A program made the position numbers and the translations under genes. The notes beneath the pieces were generated by a model that was given only the letters and a program-made list of their open reading frames with translations, did not search any database and was not told the origin of the DNA. From Amoebophrya sp. A120 (Eukaryota; Protista; Dinoflagellata): a DNA stretch of 64,000 bases. Of the stretch, positions 37,101-48,500 are shown piece by piece. How positions within the stretch are numbered: position 1 is the first letter of the stretch; each line of letters begins with the position of its first letter. Where the stretch lies: the NCBI GenBank assembly GCA_905178155.1, contig CAJINV010000015.1, positions 457,309-521,308 on the forward strand, given 5' to 3'.

Positions 37101-40100
37101 TTTACGGTGGATATGCAGCACAGAGGTGCTTGTGCTAGTGGTGTATCCTGTGCAAAAGCATCGTACTCGTATAAATGCATTACAGGATGAGAAAAAAAGT
37201 TTGTGATGCTGATTTACCTTAAAAAAAAGATTTGTAATGCATGAGTGCAAAAATTACTACAAGTACGATACTTTTGCAGTTCATATGGTGGTTGTAGCCG
37301 TTGTTCCGTAAGATGCGGATGCGCTGGTGTCAACACTGCTGTCGACTTATCCTGTGGAAAACTATCGTACTCGTACAAATGCGGGCCTTGCATTACAAAT
37401 CTTGTTTCCAAGGCAAATCTGCATTACAAATTTTATTTCTCATGCTGAGGAAACATGTAATGCATTTATACGAGTACGATACTTTTGCAATGCATACGAC
37501 TGGCGGTAGGATGAATGCGCATGCGGCCTCCTCTATACAACTCTGCAACACGTGGGCTTGGTCAGCATGATCATTTCTCAAATAACAGTCAGTGTGGTCC
37601 ACCTCCATCTTGCCCTTGTTGCACAGCAAATTTGTACTGCTGTGGTCCCTTCCTGCTGATGCTTGATCGTCCTCTTCCGCTACCTCCGTGAGCCAGTTGG
37701 CCAGCTCCTGAATGTTGAGCTCGCACTCGTTTTTTGACGACGAAGTAGACACTCCTCCAAATAAATCATCTTTGCTCAACATGATCTGACAGTCGTTTGT
37801 TATTTCTAGTGGATCATGATCTTCGTCACAAGAACTACTCCCCGCGGCCATGATCTCTGGTGCTGGCTTGACGGCTGTCCCGCAGGAGGAGGTGCCAGCA
37901 GCATCTTCTTCCTTGCAGCTGCTTGTTCCTACATTGCCGGCACGAAGGTCAACATTCAAATTTCTCGCTGTCTCCTCTGACAATCCTCCTGTGCCTGTCT
38001 CGAAAATGTTGCAAGGGTCCAGAACATCTTCATCGCTGATGTGTTGTTTGCTCGATAATTTTTTGTTTTCATCATCCGCTATCTTCGAAGTTGTTGTGGT
38101 CGATGTTCTCCCGAAAATATTGTTCGTCCTCACCGGTAGTAGGCTCGCATTCTTCAGTGCGTAGTTTTTCACAAATTCATCGGGTGACATGTTGCCCTGA
38201 AAATCCAGTGTAGTTCCCGAAGATTTTGATTTCATACTGCCTTGGGAGCAGTGGTTCATCAAGCCGACATTGCAGGACGAGGTCGCTTGTTCCTGAACTA
38301 GTTCTATGAATTGCAAAAGTATCGTACTCGTATAAATGCATGACAAATTCCCTCAGCATGAGAAATAAAATTTGTAATGCGGATTTACCTTGAGACAAAA
38401 ATTTGTAATGCAAGATTGCAATACGAGTACGATACTTTTGCACAGGATAAGTTCATCCAGTTCCCGTTCTCCACCCCCCAGGATCGCATTGCAATCCGCG
38501 ATATCAAATGTAAAAATGTCTGGGTCTGGAAGATTGCCAGGTTTGTCATGCATATTTTGCATGACCCATGAGGTCTGGCATGTAGGACATAACATGACAG
38601 ATTCTGCGTTAGTTCTATCATGCCTATTCTGCATGAGAAACTGCCTCTCGATTAGGTCCAAAGTGGACAGCTTTTGGCAATCGTGGAACACAGATTTTAT
38701 ACATGATTCAGATCTAGCATGACAAGTTACAATCTTCCAGACCCAGACATTTTTGTATTTGATACGCGAAGGCCGCGTGGCTCTGCAGCCAAGCTTCCCA
38801 CTCCTGCGGGGTGTAGTTCGATGAGGATGTTGAAAGAGGAGCGTTCGAATTTAAATTCGCTCGCTCGTCTACTGTGGCCCTCGTCGATTCTTTCGTATCC
38901 AAGCCTAGAAGTTCCTCGACCGTAGTCGCTGAACCGAGTCCTTGTATTTCTGATGAAAGCTGCTGGCGCTGCTGGTACCACTCCTGCCTGTAGCTGCCGT
39001 TTTGCTTTTGTACAACTACGGTGTCGCTGCTGTTGCCAGTTGTTGAATAGTAAGGGTTTGAACAAGTAGAAAGATCGTACGCAGCTGCAAGAACTGATGC
39101 TGGACCAGCGTTGCACGACTGTGCCGGCTGAAAATGATTTTGACCGCAGTTCATCATAGTCTCCTCGTTTTTTTGGTAGCGGCTGTGCTGCCCGCCTCCG
39201 AAGTATGGGTATGCGGTCGAGTTCATGTAATAACTCGATGCTAATCCAGCAACATCATCGCGGCCAGCAACATCACCGCGGCCGCCTTTAAAAGTACTTG
39301 CTCTCCTTCTGTCGTGTCGTCTACCATGATAAGCACTGCTCTCGCCGTGACTGTCGCCTTTGCAGCTTATCTTCATGTGGTCGGCAACTCCACCATCGCA
39401 TCCTGCAGCTCCACTTTTGGAGGCACTGCTGGCCCCGACCTTTGTCCGCGTGGTTGTTGTATCATTATTTTTCGAGCTGCCCCAGCCTTGGAAATTTTGC
39501 GACACCGCTTGTCTCGTCGCTTGGTTTCCTTTACTGCTGGTCGTGTGCGACTGGGAGCTGCTGCTGCTGCTGCTGCTACTGCTATTTGTGCCAGGTATTT
39601 GGAGCGAGTGCGAGTTCTCAATTTCATCTCGACGCGGCGCATTTGAGAAGTTAATACAGTTGTCCCACCCGCCGGACGCGACCGGGTTCTGCATCGATCC
39701 CCGACGAGTAACGGAGTTGAGATCGAAGCAGTTGCTGTATCGGCTTCGGCTGTGCTCCACACGCGGGTCCTCGCGGTTGAGGTTTTTGTAGCTAGTACTG
39801 GCACGACCTGGCGCAGCTGCCCCGGTTCTACTTTGGTCGTGGAGCGACTGAACACCCTCCATCCTACCGGATAGTAAGCAACCGGAGCAGTAAGCATCCC
39901 GGATAGTTGGCAGCAGATTACCAACCGGATAGTAAGCAACTGCCTCCGCCGATGGTATGGACCAGGTTTGGCCCGTTCTCCTTAGCAATGAAGCAGAAAA
40001 TCGATTTTCCGACTCGATTTTCGATTTCGAGGACTTGCTGATGTCCCGATCTCGATTTTCGATTTCGGAAAATTCCGGATTTTTCGCAAACTCCGGACTT

Positions 40101-43100
40101 TTTGAAATTTCCGGAATTTCCGGAACCCGGAAAATCGATTTTTCGGCAGTCCCGGCAAGTCCAAGCAACGCGCGGACTTCCGGAACACTTGCTCCTCTGG
40201 ATTTTCAGGAAGTTGGAAAATCGATTTTGGCAAACAGCCGGACAGCCACCTGCCTTACCCACATAGCAGGCCCGCGCCACCTCTTTTGCCCGCACCACCA
40301 CTGACGCGGACATCGCACAAGGAGCGGGCCAACAAAATCGATTTTGCGCGCCTCGGGTGATTGAACCCGCAGACGATTCTGCGAGCCTGAAGTAACTAAA
40401 GTCCCCGACTCTGCGCCCCATCAAGCGCCCAGCGGCTGTCGAGGACTGAGCCGCGGCACCCACCGAGGGCTGTCTGTTCACAAAATCGATTTTGCGACCC
40501 CCGCGCCAGCCGAGAGCCTGTTCCTGGCGCCTCTACGGAGCTCAGAACACGCAGACGGGGCCCATGCCGCTCCCGCGGCTTTTCAGAACTTGGGCCCGGA
40601 TGTAAGTCACAAGCTCGGGGGGCGTTTTTCATTGGTTTCTACGCTGGGCCAACGCGATGAATGTGCGGAACTTCATCGGGGCGCAAGTTCTGGAATTCGC
40701 GATCATCCCTAAGCCTGTAGCGTGCGAGCGAAACATCGATCCAAGGCGGGCAGAGGCCCGTCCTCTGCGACTTCGCCCCACGCAATCAATTTTGCAGCTT
40801 TTGCCGGATTTTCCGGCTTTTGTGTTGGTAAAATCGATTTTGCGACCACGCGCGGATTGTGTGGCCCCGCCCGAGGATAGGGCATCTTCGAAAAGCGTGC
40901 CCGGAGGGTGCGCACAAAATCGAATCTGTCCGCGGGTACTCACAAAATCGATTTTGTGAGCACCGCCCGCCGGGCGGAACATGACAACCCGGCGCCCCCA
41001 ACCCGGCTGCGGGAATCTTTCTGGCAGCCCGGACGCTCCAGGGTGGGGCCTAACGCCTCAGGACACCGGCAAAAACTGCCGTGAGACCGAGTTGGCGCAT
41101 TCTCGAGCTTCGAGAACGCGGGCGACCGACTTCGTTTCGCGCTACTTTGCTTCGCCTGTGGACGTTAGCAGCCGCGGCACAAAGTCGATTTTTTGCGGCG
41201 TGCCTGGATTTTTTGCGGATTTTTTTCCGATTTCCTTAACATTTTTGAAGTCGGTCCAAATCAGTACTAAGTTCTACTTTGCTCGTGGAGCGACTGAACA
41301 CCCTCGCTCTTCTGCTGCTCTTTCCCGTCGTGAAACCGCGAGTAAGGTCGCGTCGCGCCAGAAGTGCGGCGTTGGCGATTTTTGTGTAACACCATCGGGG
41401 CCGCGGCCACGCTCATGCTCCGACCTCTTCGAAAATTATGTGTTGGTGCTGTCGACCCCCGTCCTCGTGTTGACAAGTGCTGACGAGAGGACCAATCCAA
41501 ACTCCTAGCTTGATGCTCTGTCTCGTCGCTGCGTTCGAATTTTCGCAAATTCGCTTCCCGTCTCTCCTGCCACGACGTCGAGAGAGCGGGTGTACTAGTT
41601 GAGGCGGCAGTTGCATATACAGATCTACAGGCGGACGAAGACAAAGAGGAAGAACTTGTCGCGCAAGAACCATTTATTCCACCAGAAGATATTATCGTTG
41701 CACCTCTAGTAGATGCAGACGTCGAAGCCGTCTGATGCACCCCCGCGGACGAGCAAGATGGTGCCTTGGCCGTCGATACAGGGGCGGGCGCAGTAGTAGA
41801 GCTAGAAGCTGCATCCAAGAAAAAAGCACCATCACAACCACGTTTAGATTTAGGAGGTTTTGCATCAGAAATTTTTCTCGCATGACAAATTTTTCTTGTA
41901 TTGCAAAAACACACTCACGAAGGGGAATCGCCTATAACTCTCGACCGTGATGCATTTTTGCGCATGACAAAAATTTTTGTATCGCAAAAATGTGCAAAAG
42001 TGATTGTGATGGTGTTTTTTTCGTGCATAAGCTGCACTACTGCTGCTGGCGATCAGCTGAATGGCAGGACCAAGTGCAGGAGCGCGAAGATGGTTCTTGT
42101 GGTGCTCCTGCTTTACTTCGGTGGCGGTACAAAAACTCGAACTCGACGCGGTGTCCTCGGTATTTCTATTTGTATTTTTCGTTCCTTCACCTGCCAGAAA
42201 TAAACCCGCACTGGGAGTTATCCTGAGTAAAAACGTCCCTACCTCCCCAGAGTTGTCATGCAGAATTGCAAGGACAGGCACACTTGTAATGCGCATCCCC
42301 AAGAGAGGCACTTTCAATCGTGCTTTTTCATTCGTAATGCTGCAAACAGGATAAGGGGGCGGCTTTGTCATGCGGCTTCCCTTGCTAACCAGCACCACAA
42401 TACAGCGAGAAACTTGTCATGCGTGATTCCCAAAACTTCTGGACCTGTGTTGCAGAGATTCCAACGTGACTATGGGGTGGGGACGTTTTTGCATAGGATA
42501 GAACAGGCGACGGCGCTGGTAGTACAACTTCGTCCGCTTGCTTTGGCAAAACAAGAACCTTCGACTTTTCTAGTACAACTTCTGGCACAGGCGTCAAACA
42601 AAAAAAGTTCGCCACGATCACTTATGCGCATTTTTGCAATACAGAATTTTCTGTCATGCGTAAAAATGCATAACAGCCGAACTTCATAAGGGATTTTTCC
42701 CTACAACTAGTGTTTCTGCAATACAAGGAAAATTTGTGATGCGAATAAAAATTTGTAATGCAAAACCTGCAAGTTAGTGACTGTGACAAACTCTTTTCTT
42801 TCCATAACAGGCCCTACCGCTGGCTTTGGTGTTCTGCAGATCATTCTCCACATCCTGCTCACACGACCTCCCCGAAGAAAGAAGTCCACTACACTGCTGC
42901 TGGTGCAGCACATCAGCCTCGTCCGCATTGTATGAAATGCAAAAGCATCGTACTAGTATGGATTGCATTACAAATTGACTTAGCATTACAAATTGAATTT
43001 GTAATGCGGCTTTGCCTTCACAAAAAGATTTGTAATGCATAAACGCAATAATTAGTACGAGTACGATACTTTTGCACAGGATACATTGTCGCTCTCGACC

Positions 43101-44194
43101 CGTCGCTGCTGCTGGGTGTGGTCTTCGTCTTTGTCTTTGACGCCGCCAGTCGCAAATGTTGTCTTCTCTCTGGCTGCTCCTTCACGACTCGCCGCATAAT
43201 GCAGTACGGGTTCCACAGGTTTCACCTGCTGTTGTCGTGGCGCAGCTGCTTTGGAGATGGGAGCGCCTGGCCGTGGTGGCAAAGAAGCACCTCCGCCCGC
43301 GTCCTGAGCAGGCGGCTGCGTTGGATGATGAAAAGATTTTGTTGTTGTACCGGGAAGTAGGCGGGGTAGTGGCTGTTCTATATTTTGCTGGTCTAGTACA
43401 ACTGTGTCTCGATTTCGATTTTCACCTGCACCTGCTGCCGTGGCGCTCGTAGTACTACAGGGTCTATGTTGATCTTTTGCTTCATGATCTTCACAGTGTG
43501 CTGCGGCCTGCGAGGACTTCTTCTGGTGGTCGTGACTCCAGTTGTTCTTGCAGAAAGAGGACGACGTCGACCACGAACTCGCTGCGCTTCCAGATGGACA
43601 AGCGTTCTGCTCTTCACTGCTCGTACCTCCGTAGTTCGTCGTCGAAGCTCCTCCAGTTACTGGATGAGGTGCACGACCAGCAGCGATCGGAGCTTGATAG
43701 TTCCACTGCACCGGGGCAGAAGTGATGGCACTATCGTAGTGCTGGCGGTGCAGCTGCTGGGGCGCGTAGTAGGAAGCCGCATGGTCATTGTACCCGTACG
43801 GCCCTGGAGGTCGGCCATACCCGTAAAAATTTGAGGGAGTTCTACTTGCAGCAGGGTAGTTGTAACTATTGTTCGCCGCAAGTGTACTAGTCGATTGTGC
43901 CGGATGAACAACAAAAGATCCCTGCGGCTGTGGTGGTGGAAACGTCGGAAAGTGCGAATTTCTTCGCGCATAATTCCGCCGCGTACTACTCGTTCCACTG
44001 TAGAAGTTCGCACTTGAGGAGATGGAGAGGTTGCTCTGCTGGTAGATGCAGTTGCTATTATTTGTGTCCCAATTCATTGTTGAGATTCCTTCTCGAGGAT
44101 TCGGAGGCAAAGCTGCACTCGTGTTCCACGAATGCTCCTGATGGGAATAGGATCGGCTTGGTGCTGTAGTTGCAGCATGTTGAGAGGAGCTCAT
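34147..44194 (-). CDS. Gene E: low-complexity S/T/Q-rich unknown protein of about 1900 aa; 13 introners plus a 1446-nt insertion
   Basis: All 13 junctions traced in frame after removing element plus 5 bp. Continuity across 39860-41305 also requires removal of that insert; total 5715 nt. Confidence 0.7.
35105..35310. mobile_element. Introner family I
   Basis: TIR ..GAAAAAAGTTYGTCAC; DR GAGGC. Confidence 0.9.
35532..35852. mobile_element. Introner family J
   Basis: TIR ..GAAAAATCCCCCCTCCCCATATCGA; DR AGTTT. Confidence 0.92.
36101..36369. mobile_element. Introner family A
   Basis: DR CAACC. Confidence 0.92.
36527..36834. mobile_element. Introner family C
   Basis: DR ACGAC. Confidence 0.92.
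36963..37113. mobile_element. Introner family F
   Basis: TIR ..GTAAATTTCCCGTACA; DR TGCAG; begins CAT. Confidence 0.88.
37144..37285. mobile_element. Introner family B
   Basis: DR TGGTG. Confidence 0.9.
37348..37496. mobile_element. Introner family B
   Basis: DR CGACT. Confidence 0.9.
38305..38449. mobile_element. Introner family B (reverse)
   Basis: DR AGTTC. Confidence 0.92.
38502..38764. mobile_element. Introner family A
   Basis: DR CGCGA. Confidence 0.92.
39860..41270. mobile_element. 1.4-kb insertion flanked by 35-bp direct repeats
   Basis: Repeats at 39825-39859 and 41271-41305 (1 mismatch); many AAAATCGATTTT palindromes; short tandem CCGGATAGTAAGCA-like units at the left end. Confidence 0.72.
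41812..42029. mobile_element. Introner family E/I-like
   Basis: TIR ..GAAAAAA.CACCATCACAA; DR AGCTG. Confidence 0.88.
42219..42500. mobile_element. Introner family D
   Basis: Clear TIR; DR diverged; +5 removal restores frame. Confidence 0.85.
42592..42806. mobile_element. Introner family I (reverse)
   Basis: DR ACAGG; left tip mutated to CGTC. Confidence 0.87.
42931..43083. mobile_element. Introner family B (reverse)
   Basis: DR CATTG. Confidence 0.92.
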
Positions 44195-45596
44195 CTTTTG
44201 ACTTTCTCATACATATCTATCTGAAATAAACAAGAAGAAGAACCACAACCACACAAAGGCAGTCGCAATCTATGATCCCGACGGACTGTTGGTGGATCTA
44301 TTCTATTCAGGAGTTCAATGTAAGTGTAACGTACACGGACGACAGCAAGTGGTTGGAGACTGGTAGTAGACGAAAAATGCCGGCAAGGAAGCTAGGCAAC
44401 GCGTTCCACTTCCAGTTCCACACGTATGCATCGTCCCGAAACCTTCACACGACAGACACATGAAGTTAATCGAAACGCATTTTTTTGTAGTTGGCTATCT
44501 GAGTTGTACCAACATTCGACCAAGAAACAGTAGAAGCTGTAAAGGTAAACGTAAACCATGATCATGATCAAGATCACAACTTCGAAGAAAGTCGGACGAC
44601 AGAGATCTTGATCTTGTTGCATTCCGAGTCTCATCTTTGCAACTGTTCTTGCGACGCTGCGGAAGATCTTGCTGCTCTGTGTGGAGCCTACAACCTGTTG
44701 GTACTTGTGGCCAAGATCCTGCGCCGGGGATGTGAGGCAGATCCTCTCCCGACCGTTCTCCTCCACAGTTTTTGGTTGACCACTTGCGGGTAGTGGTAGA
44801 GCTTTTTATCCTTTCCCAAGAACGACGAGATGAACACCGACGGAAACAAGTAAATGACAGCCTGATGTCTTGTCACCTACAGTGTCGAGATAAAAAAATC
44901 CATGTGTTCTTTTGCGTTTGTGGTGTTCCAAGCAAGCCTTCGTCTTCTCGATCGTCGTGGTTAGTAAATATCCCATAATATGTTTCCGGCGTTCGGGTTC
45001 CGCTCGTCAGACTACTAGCTTACTTGTGTCTTCTCAACATAATTTTTGAAATCCCTACAGCTACTTTTTTTTGTTGCGTCACAACTACAACATACCTAGG
45101 GTGTGGGACCACACTCATTTTTCTCGCTGCGACGTTGAGTTTTTGCTGCTTTGTTCAAAGAAAGTCGCTCTCAACATCTCCGGAAGATTCGTGAGCGCAC
45201 ACTTTATTCGATCAGGCTGCAGCTATAATGTAGCTTTATACAAATTTTTGCGTTAATATAGTAGTTCTACTTGTTCGTACATCGTGTTTCACGGACTACA
45301 GGTAAAAAATTTAAATTTTATTTGCGTGGTAAAAATAAAAATTCTTATGGGGAACAACCTTCTCCATCTCCCCCCCCCCCCCTCGCGCAACAATCCCGAT
45401 CATGCCCGTGCTCGCCTTCGTAAAGTGTTGCTGAAATAATGGATGTTCTGCCGGCCTGTGACAGGATTAATTCATGTCGTGCAAAGTAGTGCAGCAACAT
45501 AAATGCATGTTGATCGCCCTGCTGCTCAGGCGGGCTTTGTTCAATCATCTCCGAAACAAAACAGCGTCACTTTCTTGTTTGGCCCTTGGCTTCATA

Positions 45597-48500
45597 CTAA
45601 CTTTCATCTTTCAGGTACGAAAAAATCGGCCGCGGGCACGGTCGTTTAACCTGTGGCACCTCGTCGTCGCCCCATACCTTATGAACGTGCAAAATGCAAA
45701 CCGGACAACCTAAATCCGAAATAAGGAGAAGGGGCAGCTGGTCCCAGCAAATACGTCCGAAAATGAAAGTTTTCTTTTTGCTCAAACAACGACAGAGCTT
45801 TTCTATTGAGGTTGTCCGGTTTTGCATTTTGCACGCTCGTATCAGAGCTTCGCCACTGGAGAGTCGAGCTGTCTGGGCTTTTTGGTCGTCCCCGAGCTGC
45901 TCGAGCTCTGGGGGTTCGCGTCCCGCCCGAGGCTCTCCAGCGAATAAGATGTCCGCCTGTATCTGTCTCACCACCTTGACGAACGTTCGTTGTGTCGCGT
46001 GGTTGCTTGTCAGCTTTCTATTCTCCTTCTCGCGGAGCCAACTCTCCCACCGCCTTTTTAGCCATACTAAGTCCCTCGTGGTTGTCTCACTGAGCCGCGC
46101 AACGTGCTCCCCGTCGGGGAAGTGGCCAAAGTTTTCGCCGGTGACCTTGTTTCGAAGGTCGTCTATCCGTTCAGAGAAACCCTTCCCATGGCTTTCCGCT
46201 ACGAGTCGACCTAGCTCCTTCAAAATCCCGACCCGCTCCCGAGCCTGCCCTGATGGACCACCGAACCGATCTTCGGGCGCGTAAGCCTTCCTCAGCTCTT
46301 GCTGCCACAGTTCAATGATTGCGTCCAGAAGGGCCGTCCACCGATTTTGCAGATCCGGTGCGATAAGGCCCTTGAGGAAGTCAGGCGCGGGGGCAGCCTC
46401 AACCTCGGAAACGTATATTAAGTCCGCCGCTTTCTTCATTCTTGTGGCCTGCTCTATACCCCACATGTACACCGCTCCTCGGGTATGGAAGTGTCAGAAT
46501 CGAAATTGCCAACATCGAAAAACTTGTGATGCAGAAATTCGATACCGCAGTTGGAGCCTCAGTTTCCGAGTGGCGGCGCATGACAAACTTCGGGAGCACC
46601 GAAATCCAGTCTGTCATGCTGTTTGGACAAAGAAGACTGCTCCTGTCATGCTATTCTGCAAGCACAGTGCATACCCCTAAACAGGCTGACAATCGGGCTC
46701 ATTTGCCTGCTCCCCAATACCGGCCTTCAGCCGTGCCCTACATTTCACGCATCACAAGTTTTTCGATTTTGTCGATTTCGATTCTGACACATCCATATCG
46801 GGTGCGTCTCGCATATTCTGTGGAAAGCAGCTCCGACAGCATGAGCTTGTGCTCCGACAGCCAGTTTTCTATTTTTTTCAAGTTTTGAAGATCGGCCCGC
46901 GCCTCGGTACCCTCAGGAAGCATTAATTGCGACTACTATGAGCATGCACAACTCCCTATCGACGTCCCGCCACTCATCATGTGTATGTCATACACGAGAG
47001 GATGCACATGATGATGTTGAGCAACAATTTTTATACAAGTGCGTGTGCGAGCCAGTCGAAAATTATGCAGGTTTTCCCTAACATCAAATTTGCACAGGAG
47101 TGCAGTGCTATTTGGGATTCCACCAGAAGAACATACACAAGAGCAAGAGCTTGTCAACTTACATAATAACGACAGGAGATCATGCGCCCGCTGCGCAATA
47201 GTGGTAAGTATGTTGGGGAATTGGTGTTTTGCATGAAGAGAAATAGGAACGAGGCGGAGTTGTGCGCTCTCATAGCGACCCATTCGTCTTCGACTGCAGA
47301 AGAAATCTCTTCACCAGCAAGCTGTCGGACATAATATCATAACTCTCGTTCTTTCTGGTCGACATGGCCGGATTATAGGTGGTCCCGTCGACTTCGACAT
47401 TTTTTTCATAGGAACTCATGTACTGGGTCTTGGACCGCTCAAGCTGGGTATTACCATGAAAAACGCCCCCAAAACCCGGACTTAGGAGCATTTGCATTGC
47501 AAACACTTCCAGATGTTGAAACATTCGCCGGGCGAATGATTCGCCCTTTTGCATCTATCAGCGTCACAGATTTCCAATCGTGAATAGCAAAAGACTGTAT
47601 TGCAAACGATCCCAGCAAGAGCGGCGCTTGTCATGCAAGCGATGCGATTCACTTACGCGCGCGCGCCTAGACTCTGCATCAGAAAGATTCATACTCCTTT
47701 CATGCATGACAAAAAGTTTTCAACATTTGGAAACTTCGCATCACAACTTTTTGCAACTTTGGGGGTCGGGGCATTTTTTACTGTAGTACTGGGGCCCCGG
47801 GCAGAGCACCTTCAGCAAATGTTCGTATAACAGTGCACAACCCCCCCTCCCCCTCATTTGTATAGCATCAACGGCAGCACAAGCATCAGCAAGAGTGCCG
47901 GTTTTGCATGACAAATTTGCACTTGAGTATAGTGCTATTTGGGCTACCAGAACTTGTCATGCAAACAGTGCCAAGAGGCAGCCAAGCGGTGGACTGGGTA
48001 ATATTTTACATCATGAAAAACCAGCCATGCCCCGGCTGACGCCGGGGCGCAAGGCTGTTGGGGCGGGGCAGGACTATTTGCGGATCGGGCCACAATGCCA
48101 CAGGCCTAATAAATATGCATAATGAAACATACTGGGGTCCTGCCGCTTGTTTGCGCGGCGCCAACCCGCAGGACCACCTGCGCGCTTCCCGCGCCTGTGG
48201 GCGCTCTGCGCGGGAGCAGCTGCAAAGGACACTGGGCGGGGGCGAACAGAAGCCGCCCGGCGCGGGAGGGTGGCGCGAGAGGGTTGCGCGAGAGGGTGGC
48301 GCGAGAAGGGTGGCGAGAGAGGGTGCGCGAGAGGGTTCGGGCCTATGCATGAAAAGGCCACAAAAGAATCAGCCTCGTACCGGGCGGATTCGGGTTTTTC
48401 TACCCCTCTCGCAGACCCTCTTTCTGACCTCTCCCGCGAGGTGTTGCTAATAATCCGGCTATACTCGCTGGTAGAGGTCTACAGAGGTGGCCGAGAGGTG

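Noticed and set aside
36101-38764. Alternating repeats and short unique segments as a CRISPR array
   Set aside because: The repeats are inverted pairs from different families, the spacers are in-frame exons, no cas genes are present, and the context is eukaryotic.
39860-40168. 5' part of ORF 38714-40168 as a true N-terminus
   Set aside because: It derives from the repeat-rich insert; the gene E frame continues upstream of the 35-bp duplication.
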